Shown: positions 1-10,350 of the stretch, piece after piece | Position numbering within the stretch: the first letter of the stretch is position 1 | Layout: every line of letters starts with the position of its first letter | Assembly (NCBI GenBank): GCA_963666735.1 | Contig: OY762926.1 | Span: 544,001 to 608,000, forward strand | Direction of reading: 5' to 3' | DNA length: 64,000 nt | DNA from: Gemmatimonadota bacterium | GTDB lineage: Bacteria; Gemmatimonadota; Gemmatimonadetes; Palauibacterales; Palauibacteraceae | Translations under genes and position numbers: made by a program | The notes under the pieces: model-generated | What the model saw: the letters and a program-made list of their open reading frames with translations, nothing else | Told to the model about the DNA's origin: nothing | Databases searched by the model: none

Positions 1-2561
1 CCGCGACCCTGTACGGGACGGAGGCCTCGAACGGCGTGATCCAGATCTTCACGAAGCGCGGCAGTGCGGGCGCCCCGCGCTTCACGTTCCGCACCGACCT
101 GACCGCGATCTCCGTGCCGACCAACCGCATCCTGCCGGTCGCCGACTTCGCCGGCCGCGTCTGCTCCAGTCCCGGATGCACGGGAGAAGGCGACGCGCAG
201 CGGCTGGCGGACGCCGTCAACGTGATGTCGACGCGCTGGGGACAGCCTGTGTCGCCCTGGGATCCGGTCGAGCGCGACCTGATTCCCGATCTGCTCACCA
301 CCGGATTCGGCCAAACCTACTCCGGATCCCTGCAGGGTGGGTCGAGCGTGTTCCAGTACTTCGCCTCCGGGCGCCTCGCCACCGAGGACGGGCCCTACGA
401 CGCGGCGCGGAACTTCGATACGGTGGAAGGGCTGGACCCCGAGAACGACACGAACCGCCGCGCATCGATCCACACCAACTTCACACTGATCCCCAGCAGC
501 GATCTGCGCATCGGCGTGACCACGCTCTATTCGGACATGGAGCACCACACGCCCGACAACTCGAACAACATCTACGGCGTGTTCTCATCGGCGCTCATGT
601 CGCAGCTCCGGCTCGCGAACGCCGACCCGGAACTCGGGCAGATCAACTACTACGGCCAGCCGGCGTTCGCCACGCTGCGGGAGAACGCCTACCAGCTGAA
701 CTTCGTGAACTCGCAGCACTTCGCGGGATCCACGAACATCGACTTCTCGCCGTCCGACGCGTTCACCCTCGCCGGAACGTTCGGAATCGACTTCACGTCC
801 GACGACGCGGTCAGCTTCCGGCCCTACCGGTGGAACGTGGACGGTTTTTCGGGCTCGACCCCCGACGGGAACAGGAACGTCAACGAGAACCGTAGCCGGG
901 AGATCACGGCCGACATCAGAGGGTCGCACCTCTTCACCACCGACCGGCTTGAGAACACGCTGTTGTTCGGCGGTCAGGGATTCCTGCGCCAGGCGCAGTC
1001 GGCAGGGGGCAGCGGACGCGACTTCCCCGGTCCCGGCCTGGAGACGCTTTCGGCGCTCGGCTCCGAGTCCTCGTACGAAGAATGGCTCCGGGTGACGCAG
1101 ATCGGCGGCTACGTGCAGGACCAGGTCGGATGGGACAACTGGCTCTTCCTGACCGTGGGCGCTCGCTGGGACGCCAACTCGGCGTTCGGCGAGGCGTTCA
1201 ACACCGCCGTCTACCCCAAGGCCAATTTCTCGATCGTGCCGAGCGAACGCTGGGACAGCGAGCTCTTCTCGTCGATGCGGATCAAGGGGGCCTACGGCAC
1301 GTCCGGGTTGCAGCCGGGCGCCTTCGACAAGTTCACGACCTTCTCGTCGCTCGGCACCGAGGTGGGTCCCGGCGTCCAGCCGTCGAATCTCGGCAACGAA
1401 CAGCTGAAGCCCGAGGTGTCCACGGAATTGGAGATCGGAATCGACCTGGGCCTCTTCAACGACCGGTGGTCCGTCGTGGCGACCTGGTGGGACCGGGTGG
1501 TCACCGACGCCATGGTGGCGCGCCAGTTCCCGGTGACGGGCGGCTTCACGCAGACGCAGCTCGACAACATCGGCGAGGTCACGGCCCGCGGGCTCGAGTT
1601 GGGTATCCGCGGCAACCTGATCCAGGCGCGGGACATCTCGCTCAACGTCTTCGCGAACACCGCCTTCCTGTCCGAGGAGATCACGGACATGGGGGGCGCG
1701 CCTCCCCTCAAGACCGGCGGCAGCTATCCGCGGTACCGCAACTATCTGGTGGAGGGCTTCACCCCGGGCGCCTTCTTCGGTGCCAGGGTCGCCGATGTGG
1801 CGATCCCGCTGAACATTCTCGATCCGGTTGACGGCCAGTGCCTCGTGCCGACGCGCGATCAGGCGCTCGCGTACTTCAGCCAGCCGCGCAACCCCAACAG
1901 CTTCAAGCCGCTCGCGATCGGCAACGAGGACTTCGGAATGCCCAACGGCGAGTTGGCGTCGCACAACTGCGGGACCGGATTGCTCGACACCCACCTCGGT
2001 GATCCCACCCCGGACTACGCGGGCTCCTTCGGCTTCGACCTCGCGTTCCTGGGCAACTTCCAGTTGACGTCGCTCATGGAGTACAAGATCGGTCACCAGG
2101 TGCAGGATCTCTCGGGCATGTTCCGGCGCGCCAACAATTTCATCGGGCGCAATACGCCGCGGTCGGCCGAGCTGTACTCCACGATGCTGAACCCGGGCTC
2201 CACGGCGGAGCAGCGGCTCGATGCGGCGGTCGCGTGGGCCCATGAGGTCGAGGGTCTCTCGCCGATGTCCGGCATGAACGGGGTCTACGACGCCGACTGG
2301 ATCCAGTGGCGCGAGCTGTCGCTCAGCTATCGGGTGCCGTCATCCGTCATCGAGCGCTGGGGCTTCTCGGCCGCCACGGTGAACATGGGCGTGCGCAACC
2401 TGCTGCTCTTCATGCTGGGCGACTACCCCGGCATGGACCCGGAGGGCAACGTCCTCGGGCGCTGCAACGGAGGCCTCGACTGCAACTTCCTGAATTCGAC
2501 GGAAGGCTGGGGCATTCCGGTCCCGCGGCGCTTCACGATGTCCGTCCGCCTCACCCTCTAG
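1..2561 (+). CDS. SusC/RagA-family TonB-dependent outer membrane receptor (5' partial)
   Basis: The frame is open from the window edge: ATLYGTEASNGVIQIFTKRG matches the SusC plug signature. It also has GNEQLKPEVSTELEIGIDLG, a beta-strand C-terminus (RRFTMSVRLTL) and a downstream SusD-like gene. Confidence 0.92.
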   Translation, partial: ATLYGTEASNGVIQIFTKRGSAGAPRFTFRTDLTAISVPTNRILPVADFAGRVCSSPGCTGEGDAQRLADAVNVMSTRWGQPVSPWDPVERDLIPDLLTTGFGQTYSGSLQGGSSVFQYFASGRLATEDGPYDAARNFDTVEGLDPENDTNRRASIHTNFTLIPSSDLRIGVTTLYSDMEHHTPDNSNNIYGVFSSALMSQLRLANADPELGQINYYGQPAFATLRENAYQLNFVNSQHFAGSTNIDFSPSDAFTLAGTFGIDFTSDDAVSFRPYRWNVDGFSGSTPDGNRNVNENRSREITADIRGSHLFTTDRLENTLLFGGQGFLRQAQSAGGSGRDFPGPGLETLSALGSESSYEEWLRVTQIGGYVQDQVGWDNWLFLTVGARWDANSAFGEAFNTAVYPKANFSIVPSERWDSELFSSMRIKGAYGTSGLQPGAFDKFTTFSSLGTEVGPGVQPSNLGNEQLKPEVSTELEIGIDLGLFNDRWSVVATWWDRVVTDAMVARQFPVTGGFTQTQLDNIGEVTARGLELGIRGNLIQARDISLNVFANTAFLSEEITDMGGAPPLKTGGSYPRYRNYLVEGFTPGAFFGARVADVAIPLNILDPVDGQCLVPTRDQALAYFSQPRNPNSFKPLAIGNEDFGMPNGELASHNCGTGLLDTHLGDPTPDYAGSFGFDLAFLGNFQLTSLMEYKIGHQVQDLSGMFRRANNFIGRNTPRSAELYSTMLNPGSTAEQRLDAAVAWAHEVEGLSPMSGMNGVYDADWIQWRELSLSYRVPSSVIERWGFSAATVNMGVRNLLLFMLGDYPGMDPEGNVLGRCNGGLDCNFLNSTEGWGIPVPRRFTMSVRLTL

Positions 2562-2582
2562 ATCCAAGCGGGAGACCATACC

Positions 2583-3914
2583 ATGAGGAATCGAAATATG
2601 AAGGCCCGGTTGGCCACGCCTCTGCTGGCCGCTTTCGCGCTCGGGTGCGGCGACCTGCTGGACGTCAACAACCCCAACGACCTGGTCGAAGAGGACATCC
2701 GCAAGGAAGCCGCCGCCGCCGCCGTCGTGAACGGCACGCTCACGCTCGTGGCGTCTTCCGTCTCGCAATCCTGGCAGCCGTACCTGGTGGCGTCCGACGA
2801 GATGCGCTGGATCGGCTCCAGGGATGCCTGGCTCTCGCTCGATCTCGGATTCGTGGACGATCCGCTGAACGAGTTCATCGATGGTCCGTTCCCGGCCATG
2901 GGACAGGCTCGGTGGATGAGCGACGAAGCCATCGAAATCCTGCAGGGGCATCACGATAACAACCCATCCAATTCGATCAAGACCGACCTGGCGCGCGCGT
3001 ACATGTACTCCGGCATCATCTACATGGTGATCGGGGAGATCCAGGAGGATTACGCGTTCTCGGACAAGACGGAGAGCGGACCTCCGGTGGGACCGGCCAA
3101 CATGGCTCAGGTTCTGGACGGCGCGATCGACAGGTTCTCCTCGGCCATCTCGGGCTTCAACGAGGTCGGCGCCACGGACATGGCGACCCGGGCCAGGGCT
3201 CTCCGTGCTCGCGCCCGGCAGTCCCGGGCGATCTGGGACGCGATCAACCCGTCGCCATCCGGGAACGGGCTGGTGTCCTCCGCCGAGGCCGGGGCGGACG
3301 CCAGCGCGGTGCTGGCGAGCGTCAGCGCGGACTGGACCCACAACCTGACGTTCTCGAGCGCCAGCGTCGCCAACTCGATGGCGTCCTGGGTCAACGACCG
3401 CAAGGAGAACCAGATCGACCTCTCGATCGCCACGGTGGACGACCAGAACGACATCAACGGGATCGCGCTCAAGGATCCCATCGATGGCGTCGACGACCCG
3501 GCCGTCATCAAGTGGCTGAATCAGTGGAAGGGGGGCGACTATCTCGACAAGGGCGGGATCTATCCGCCCCTGACGCTTGCCTCGGCCCGGATGATGCACC
3601 TGATTCTGGCCGAGAACGCGCTGGCGGGCGGGGATTCCAATGGCTTCGCCACGCACATCAATCACATCCGCGCGCTGGACGGCGTGACCCCGTACGACGG
3701 CCAGATCCCCGAGATGGAGATGCTCCAGCACACGCGCCGGGTGAACGTGCTGCTGCAGGGCCTGCGGCTGGCGGACATGTACAGGTGGGGACTCACGGAT
3801 CCCAAGTGGCAGGGCGCCTCGGCCGCGACGTCCGCGCCGGGCACGATGCTCCCGATTTCCATCATCGAACTGCGGGCGAACTGCCACCTGAACGGCCTGG
3901 GTTGCGGAGGTTGA
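2583..3914 (+). CDS. SusD/RagB-family lipoprotein
   Basis: Lipobox FALG-C followed by DLLDVNNPN. The C-terminal LILAENAL...INHIRA...QGLRLADMYRWG...LPISIIE pattern is typical of SusD. Directly after SusC. Alternative start 2598. Confidence 0.85.
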   Translation: MRNRNMKARLATPLLAAFALGCGDLLDVNNPNDLVEEDIRKEAAAAAVVNGTLTLVASSVSQSWQPYLVASDEMRWIGSRDAWLSLDLGFVDDPLNEFIDGPFPAMGQARWMSDEAIEILQGHHDNNPSNSIKTDLARAYMYSGIIYMVIGEIQEDYAFSDKTESGPPVGPANMAQVLDGAIDRFSSAISGFNEVGATDMATRARALRARARQSRAIWDAINPSPSGNGLVSSAEAGADASAVLASVSADWTHNLTFSSASVANSMASWVNDRKENQIDLSIATVDDQNDINGIALKDPIDGVDDPAVIKWLNQWKGGDYLDKGGIYPPLTLASARMMHLILAENALAGGDSNGFATHINHIRALDGVTPYDGQIPEMEMLQHTRRVNVLLQGLRLADMYRWGLTDPKWQGASAATSAPGTMLPISIIELRANCHLNGLGCGG

Positions 3915-4387
3915 CCCGGTGGGGGAGGCGGCGGTCCACAGCCGCCGTCTCCTCCCCCTTTATGGGGCTGTCGCTCCTGCCGGCGGTGGTCGCCCTCGGC
4001 GGCTGCTCGGCGATTCTCGATGACCTGACGCCCGAGAACATCTATTTCGAGATGCGGGGCGAGGCGGGCGACCGGGTACGGGTGATCTACTCCACGCAGT
4101 TCGTGGCCGGCCTCAACGAGTTCGGCGTGACGCGGGTGCAGGTGGTCCGGTCGGATACGATCATCCACGAGATCCCCTTCGAGAGAGCCGTCGATATTTC
4201 CATCGACCGGCGGTGGTTCGTGCAGGCGGAGTCGCTGGGCACGGATACTCTTGCCGTCCAGGTCATCGTGGACGTGGACGACCGGGGTCTCGTGAACGAG
4301 TCCGGCGGCATCTTTCCGGGTGAACCCTGGCACTTCGTCTACTCGTTCAACCAACTCCTGACGCGAGATCTCGATGTTGCCTTCTGA
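3911..4387 (+). CDS. hypothetical lipoprotein
   Basis: TTG overlaps the upstream TGA (TTGA). Hydrophobic stretch plus lipobox ALGG-C. It is the 3' part of track ORF 3512..4387; start uncertain (ATG 3962 is an alternative). Confidence 0.7.
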   Translation: MTRWGRRRSTAAVSSPFMGLSLLPAVVALGGCSAILDDLTPENIYFEMRGEAGDRVRVIYSTQFVAGLNEFGVTRVQVVRSDTIIHEIPFERAVDISIDRRWFVQAESLGTDTLAVQVIVDVDDRGLVNESGGIFPGEPWHFVYSFNQLLTRDLDVAF

Positions 4388-4934
4388 CTCTCTGCCGGCC
4401 GAGCGAGCGCGGCCACGCGGGGTCGTCGCCCTGCTGTGGGTCGTACTCGCCGTCTCGGGGTGCTACTCCTACCGCCTCGTCGAGGACGCTCCCGTGGGCG
4501 CCGTGGCCAGGCTGCGCGTGCCGATCCAGTCCGCCATCGTCGATCCCAACTCCCCTTCCGAGACGGTCGCGGTCGAGGGGAAGATCGTCAGCGTGGGAGA
4601 CACGATCTGGTTCGAGGCGAGCACGCGGCATGCTGTCGGTCTGTTCCGCGACGTCGTGCAGTACGACACGCTGCGCGTGGCCCGGGATGGTCTCGCGAGC
4701 ATCGAGGTGCGCGAATTCTCGACGACGAAGAGCGTGCTGCTCGGGGCCGGACTCGCGGCGGGAACGGCGGCCCTGGCTGCCGCCGCGGCGGGGGTCGGGG
4801 GAGGTCAGGCCGGCGCGGGGCCGGGCGGAGACGCTCCCCAGACCTCCACCACGGTGAGCGTCTCGGTGCCGGCGAGCGGGATCGGCCAATGGCTCGGGCG
4901 CGTGCTACCCTCCATCCTGGGACTGAGGCCCTGA
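4374..4934 (+). CDS. hypothetical lipoprotein / membrane protein
   Basis: Lipobox VSG-C-Y, C-terminal hydrophobic Gly/Ala helix, overlaps the previous gene in operon fashion. Confidence 0.7.
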   Translation: MLPSDSLPAERARPRGVVALLWVVLAVSGCYSYRLVEDAPVGAVARLRVPIQSAIVDPNSPSETVAVEGKIVSVGDTIWFEASTRHAVGLFRDVVQYDTLRVARDGLASIEVREFSTTKSVLLGAGLAAGTAALAAAAAGVGGGQAGAGPGGDAPQTSTTVSVSVPASGIGQWLGRVLPSILGLRP

Positions 4935-4998
4935 CGGGGCCCGCCCCCCGAGACCTTGAGGCGGCCGGCCCGCTGAGACCCTGACGGGCCGCGGCCCC
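4924..4998. repeat. imperfect tandem repeat, 3 x 25 nt
   Basis: Units start at 4924 (tgaggccctgacggggcccgccccc), 4949 (cgagaccttgaggcggccggcccgc) and 4974 (tgagaccctgacgggccgcggcccc). Confidence 0.6.
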
Positions 4999-5005
4999 GC
5001 ACGGC

Positions 5006-7528
5006 TCAGTCGGGGTCGAGGATGTCGTCGATCCTGGCCAGGGCGTCGCGAAGGTGCAGTTCCGTCGTGCGGTCGAGCCGCCGCCGGAGCACGCGCTCGA
5101 TCGCATCCCGGAGCCCGTGGAGCTCGCCCCGCACGAAGGCGCGGATGTCCGACTGGGACACGTCCACCGAGGTGAAGAAGTCGGAGAGGCCGGCGAAAAA
5201 GAAGATCGGGAGCGACAGTTCCTGCGTCATCAGATACTCGAGCCTCTCCAGGTGTCCCCGCTGGAGATTCCGCCGGTAGACCCCGATCGGGGCGCCGGTG
5301 TCCAGTTCGCTCCAGATGGAGCCGCGCAGGTCCTCGAACAACTCGCCGAGGCTGTAGTGGTCTCCCCCGTTCCGGGCTTCCGCTTCGATCAACCGCTGCA
5401 TGCGGCCCGGGTCGAGGATCATGTTCACGACCCGAACCTGAATGCGCCGCATCCGGTCCACGGTTGACGGGTTCTCGATCTTCGCGAGGATGTCCTCGTC
5501 GACCATCCACGTCGGCGGGTCGAAGGCCTGCCGCGCGAAGAAGTCCATGGCCCGCCGCTGCGTGGCCTCGTCCACGAATTCGTAGACGGCGCCCTCCTGG
5601 CCGATCCGCTTTCGCGTGCGCGTCACGCCGCCGACCACGGTCCCGACGTGGCCCATGTAGCGGTTCCACTGGCCGATGAGGTTGTTGTAGAGTTCCGCCA
5701 ACTCCTCGTAGTTCTCTCCCTCGCGGCCCTCGCTGCTCCACTGGACGAGTTGCGGGAGGATCCGCTTCAGGTTCTCGATCCCGAGGTCGCTCGCCTCCGT
5801 CGCGTCGGAGCCGATGGCTTCCGTCTGGGCGCTCGGGTCGATCGGGGTCGCACTGCCGAAATAGTAGACCGGGTCGTCCTCGACCTCACGGATCCACGCG
5901 TCGAGCGTCGGGCGTTCCTCGTCCGCGTCCGCACCGAGGACCGGGCGGTAGGCCCAGTTGATCGCGAAGCGGTCGTATTCGCCGATCCGCGGGTCCACGC
6001 ACGCGCCCTCGTCCTCCGGTTGCGCGACGTAGTTGAAGCGCGCGTAGTCCATGATCGACGGCGCGACCCCGTGCCGGCACACGAAGCCCGGAGCCCGCAG
6101 CGAGTCGACGGGAAAGGCGGAACTCGACTTCATGTTGTGCTGGAGTCCGATGGTGTGTCCGACCTCGTGAGCGGCGACGAAACGGATCAGCCGGCCCATC
6201 ACCTCGTCGTCGAAGAGCGCCCGGCGCGCCGCCGGATTCACGGCCGCCGTCTGAATCAGGTACCAGTTTCGCAGCAGGTTCGCGACGTTGTGATACCACT
6301 GGATGTCGCTCTCGAGGATCTCTCCCGTTCGCGGGTCGTGCACATGGGGTCCGGACGCGTTCTGAACCTCCGACGGGAGCCAGCGGATCACGGAATAGCG
6401 CACGTCTTCCGGGCTGAACTCGGGGTCCTCCTCGAAGGAGGGCGGCATCCGCCCCTGGATCGCGTTGCTGAAGCCCGCCGCCTCGAAGGCTTCCTGCCAG
6501 TCCTCGATCCCCTGGATCAGGTACGGGCGCCACTTCTCCGGCGTGGCGGGATCGAGGTAGTAGATGATGGGCTTGACCGGGTCGACGAGTTCGCCGCGCC
6601 GGAAGGCCGCGGTGTCGCTGGGCTCGAGCCGCCACCGCGTCACGTAGGTGCGCGTGACGACCTTCTGGTCGCTGCGGCCGTAGTCGACCTGGCTCACATT
6701 GAAGAAGCCCACCCGCTCGTCGAAGATCCGCGGCTCCATCGGCTCGTCCGGCAGCAGGACCATCGACTGGTTCATCTCGATGGAGATCGAGTTCGTGCTC
6801 GCGTTCGACGGAGGCGTCTGCGCGTTGTAGGTGAGGACATGCCGCACTTCGACATTGCGGGGGAAGCTCTTGACCCAGTCGACGTAGGTGCGGTTCGAGT
6901 CCAGCGAGCGCACCCGGTACGCGTCGCGGCGTCCCTGGCTCAGCCCGAACATGGGGATGTCGGACTCGAACAGCGGCGTGGCGTCGATGACGACGCTCGT
7001 CGAGTCGTCGTTCAGCGCCTCGATGTCGAAGGCGCGCAGGATCGGCTCGAAGTTCGCGCCCCGCACGGCCCGCGCCACCGGAAGGGCCTCGTCCGCCACG
7101 TTCGTGTGTCTCACGACGCGAAGGAAGATCCGCTCGTCGTCGGGCCCGTTCTTCTCCCAGCGAATGACCTGCGTATTCGCCTTCTGGCCGCCGTAGCCCA
7201 TTCCCTCGGGAACCGACGCCAGCCGGCTCACGAGCAGGATCTCGCGTCCCAGAATCTGCTCCGGAATCTCGAACAGCCATCTGTCGTCCACCCGGTGGAC
7301 GTGGACCATCCCCGAGTCCGTGACCGCCTCCTCCGTGACGACTTCGGAATAGGGCTCCGGCCCGTCGTCGTCATTCCCGCCGCCGCGGGGGCCGGGTTCG
7401 GCCTCGCCCGAAGCGGACGGGCCGGGAGTCGGCCGGGCAAAGGGCCGGATGCAGCCGGTGACCACGATCAGGAGCGAGAGCGAAAGGATGAGGGTGAGAG
7501 GACGTGTGCGACGCACGATCTGGAGCAT
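5006..7528 (-). CDS. zinc-dependent metalloprotease, Met-zincin (DUF5118/DUF5117/DUF4953-type), lipoprotein
   Basis: HEVGHTIGLQHN zinc motif, SIMDYAR Met-turn, DPRTGEILESDI and PIIYYLDPATPEKW. Signal peptide VVTG-C. ATG at 7528. Confidence 0.9.
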   Translation of the reverse strand: MLQIVRRTRPLTLILSLSLLIVVTGCIRPFARPTPGPSASGEAEPGPRGGGNDDDGPEPYSEVVTEEAVTDSGMVHVHRVDDRWLFEIPEQILGREILLVSRLASVPEGMGYGGQKANTQVIRWEKNGPDDERIFLRVVRHTNVADEALPVARAVRGANFEPILRAFDIEALNDDSTSVVIDATPLFESDIPMFGLSQGRRDAYRVRSLDSNRTYVDWVKSFPRNVEVRHVLTYNAQTPPSNASTNSISIEMNQSMVLLPDEPMEPRIFDERVGFFNVSQVDYGRSDQKVVTRTYVTRWRLEPSDTAAFRRGELVDPVKPIIYYLDPATPEKWRPYLIQGIEDWQEAFEAAGFSNAIQGRMPPSFEEDPEFSPEDVRYSVIRWLPSEVQNASGPHVHDPRTGEILESDIQWYHNVANLLRNWYLIQTAAVNPAARRALFDDEVMGRLIRFVAAHEVGHTIGLQHNMKSSSAFPVDSLRAPGFVCRHGVAPSIMDYARFNYVAQPEDEGACVDPRIGEYDRFAINWAYRPVLGADADEERPTLDAWIREVEDDPVYYFGSATPIDPSAQTEAIGSDATEASDLGIENLKRILPQLVQWSSEGREGENYEELAELYNNLIGQWNRYMGHVGTVVGGVTRTRKRIGQEGAVYEFVDEATQRRAMDFFARQAFDPPTWMVDEDILAKIENPSTVDRMRRIQVRVVNMILDPGRMQRLIEAEARNGGDHYSLGELFEDLRGSIWSELDTGAPIGVYRRNLQRGHLERLEYLMTQELSLPIFFFAGLSDFFTSVDVSQSDIRAFVRGELHGLRDAIERVLRRRLDRTTELHLRDALARIDDILDPD

Positions 7529-7785
7529 GCTGTTGGCTTCCCGGTTCGGAGGTGGTGTGGGCGGGTCGCGGGACCGTCGACCCGGGCGCCCAACGTAAGC
7601 GGGCGCGGAAGGACGGGCCAACCTCGGCGGTCCATCCGTCGCCGCGCACCGCTGGCCGGCCGCATTGACGGATCCGCCTTGAAACGCGTAGCGTTCTACC
7701 AGTTATGCCTTGTCTCGTCGATGATCCCCGCAGTGAAGGCACGCGTGCGGAGGGCGCGACGGTTTATTTCCGAAGGAGGTACCCG

Positions 7786-8715
7786 ATGCGCATCCGCACC
7801 CTGGCTCCCTTTGCCCTCGCTCTGACCATCGCCTGCGGCGGGGCGGAAACGGAAGAAGCCGCAATGACGGAGGAAATGGCGGAGGAGATGACGGAGGCGA
7901 TGGACGACGCCCCGGCCATGTCCGGCGCCGAAGCGGCGATGACGGAAATCACGGACTATTTCCAGACGCACTACAACATGGGCCACGGCAGCATGGTCGC
8001 GAGCAAGTTCGCCGAGGACGGCGTGCTGTGGGCCGCGTCCGGCACGATGCTGTACGGCCGGGAGGAGGTCGCCGCGGGCCTCCAGGCGCGGATCGACGAC
8101 GAGGGGTCGCAGGTCCAGATCCACCCGGGCGACATGATGGAGTTCGGAGACCAGATCGTGGCGCGGGGACACTACGTGCTCACCGGTACCGTGGACGGGG
8201 CCGAGGTCACGAACTCCGGCTACTACATGACGCTGGGCCAGAACGTCGACGGCGAGTGGCAGTTGAAGGGCATGGTCGCGAACTTCGACACCCCGGACCA
8301 GTCCATGGCGGCCGGCATGATCATGGACCAGCCCGAGGGCATGGGCGGCGACCTCCTCCAGGCGAGCACGGACTACTTCGTCACCCACTACAACATGGGC
8401 CACGCGGGTATGGTCGCGGACACCTACTCGGAAGACGCGGTCGCCATGATGCCGGGCGAGCGGCCGCGCGAAGGACGCGCCGCCATCGAGGCGGGGCTGC
8501 AGGAGATGGTCGACGCGGGAGTGACGTTCACCTGGTTCTCCGGCTGGTCCGCGCACGAGTTGGAGGGCGGCTTTGTAGCCGGCATCGGCACCTACGGCAC
8601 CGAGGGCGACGAGGAGAGCGGCGGCGGACACTTCGCCGCCCTGTACGCGCCCACCGAGGACGGGGGCATGATGCTGCACTGGCTCCTCATGGACGCGCAC
8701 CCCGCCGGCATGTAG
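7786..8715 (+). CDS. lipoprotein with two tandem NTF2-like (SnoaL/DUF4440-type) domains
   Basis: AAGGAGG RBS and lipobox TIA-C. Internal duplication: TDYFQTHYNMGHGSMVA / TDYFVTHYNMGHAGMVA and GREEVAAGLQ / GRAAIEAGLQ. Confidence 0.8.
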   Translation: MRIRTLAPFALALTIACGGAETEEAAMTEEMAEEMTEAMDDAPAMSGAEAAMTEITDYFQTHYNMGHGSMVASKFAEDGVLWAASGTMLYGREEVAAGLQARIDDEGSQVQIHPGDMMEFGDQIVARGHYVLTGTVDGAEVTNSGYYMTLGQNVDGEWQLKGMVANFDTPDQSMAAGMIMDQPEGMGGDLLQASTDYFVTHYNMGHAGMVADTYSEDAVAMMPGERPREGRAAIEAGLQEMVDAGVTFTWFSGWSAHELEGGFVAGIGTYGTEGDEESGGGHFAALYAPTEDGGMMLHWLLMDAHPAGM

Positions 8716-8799
8716 CACGCCCCACGCCGTTCCGGCGGCCGGAGTCGTTCGAGGCATCCGGCTGCCGGTCTCCGCGTCGTGGGGGTGTTGCTCTCGCCG

Positions 8800-10350
8800 T
8801 CAGGGCGTTGGGCGCGCCCAGGCGGGGAGGACGCCCGGCTCGATGTCGAACAGGATCGGGCCCGCGGCGCTGAAGATCAGCGTGATCACGACCGCGCCGA
8901 TCAGGTTGAGGAAGAGCCCCGCCCGCGCCATCTCCGCAATCCTCACGCGGTTGCTCCCGAACACCACGGCGTTGGGCGGCGTCGCCACCGGCATCATGAA
9001 GGCGCACGAGGCGGAGAGCGTCGCCGGGACCATCAGCAGGAGCGGGTGAACGCCCGTCGCGACGGCCACGGCCGCGAAGATGGGTAGTACCATCTCGGTC
9101 GTCGCCGTATTCGACGTGAGTTCGGTCAGAAACGTCATCGTCAGGCAGATGACGAGGATCAGCACGAGCGGCGGCACCGTCGACAACCCGCTGAACCCCT
9201 CGCCAATGAACCGCGCCAGTCCGGTGGCCTGGAAGCCGTGGGCAAGGGCGAAGCCTCCCCCGAACAGAAGCACGATATTCCACGGCAGCCGGCGGACCAC
9301 GTCGGATCCCATGATCGTGGCGGACTTCGCGCCGGGCGACCTCGTCGGGACCAGGAAGAGGATGCAGGCCATCGTGATCGCGACGGTCCCGTCATCGAGC
9401 AGTTCGCCGTACGGCAGGAGCGCGGACCAGCCCGGCACCGTGAGCGGACCGATCTCGATCGGCGCGCGAAACACCCACAGCACGGCCGTCGTGGCGAAGA
9501 CGGCGAGGATGACCCGTTCCTCGAAGCCGACGGGACCGAGCTTCCGCATCTCCGACTCCACGACTTCAGGGTCGACGGAGACGTCCTCCGGCACACGGAA
9601 GAAGACGCGCGTGATCAGTATCCATGCGAAACCGAGCATGAGCGCCGCGATGGGCAGCGCCATGACGAACCACACTCCGAACGAAATGTGCGGCGCGTCC
9701 GGAAACGTGATCGCGAAGATCCGTTGGAGGGAGAGGTTCGGCGGCGTGCCGACCAGCGTCGCGATGCCGCCGGCGGAACAGGCGTAGGCGATGCCCAGCA
9801 TGATCGCCACGGAGAAGGCGCGCGTCCGGTCGCGCCCGAACTGCTCCTCCATGCGCAGGATCACGGCGAGTCCCACCGGGACCATCATGATCGCGGTCGC
9901 CGTGTTCGAGATCCACATGGAGAGGAAGGCCGCCGCCAGCATGAAGCCGAGCACGATGCGGGCGGGGCCGCCGCCCACCGCGCGGATGACCCAAAGGGCG
10001 ATCCGGCGGTGTACGTCCCACTTCTCCATCGTGAGCGCGATCATGAAGCCGCCGAGGAAGAGGATGATCGTGCTGTTGAAGTAGATGGGCGCGGTCTCCC
10101 CGGTCCGTCCGATCCCGAGGATCGGAAACAGGAGCAGCGGGAGCAGCGCGGTCGCGAAGAGCGGAATCGCGTCGGTGATCCACCATGTGGCCATGAGGAC
10201 GGCGACCGCCGCCATGCGCGTGACCTCGGGCCGGCCCGGCTCGAGGTCGAGCAGCAGCATCAGCAGGAAGAGGAGCGGTCCGAGCCACAGCCCGATGCGC
10301 TGGCCGCGCGAGCGCGTCTCGGATCGGTTCTCCGAACGGTCATGTGCCAT
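8800..10350 (-). CDS. SLC13/DASS family sodium:dicarboxylate/sulfate symporter
   Basis: SMWISNTAT, TLVGTPPN, TELTSNTAT and AFMMPVATPPN motifs. RBS GAGGAG before ATG 10350. Confidence 0.93.
   Translation of the reverse strand: MAHDRSENRSETRSRGQRIGLWLGPLLFLLMLLLDLEPGRPEVTRMAAVAVLMATWWITDAIPLFATALLPLLLFPILGIGRTGETAPIYFNSTIILFLGGFMIALTMEKWDVHRRIALWVIRAVGGGPARIVLGFMLAAAFLSMWISNTATAIMMVPVGLAVILRMEEQFGRDRTRAFSVAIMLGIAYACSAGGIATLVGTPPNLSLQRIFAITFPDAPHISFGVWFVMALPIAALMLGFAWILITRVFFRVPEDVSVDPEVVESEMRKLGPVGFEERVILAVFATTAVLWVFRAPIEIGPLTVPGWSALLPYGELLDDGTVAITMACILFLVPTRSPGAKSATIMGSDVVRRLPWNIVLLFGGGFALAHGFQATGLARFIGEGFSGLSTVPPLVLILVICLTMTFLTELTSNTATTEMVLPIFAAVAVATGVHPLLLMVPATLSASCAFMMPVATPPNAVVFGSNRVRIAEMARAGLFLNLIGAVVITLIFSAAGPILFDIEPGVLPAWARPTP

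Noticed and set aside
4924..4998. CRISPR-like array
   Set aside because: The units are contiguous and degenerate with no spacers, and no cas genes are present. The same applies to 51828-51871.
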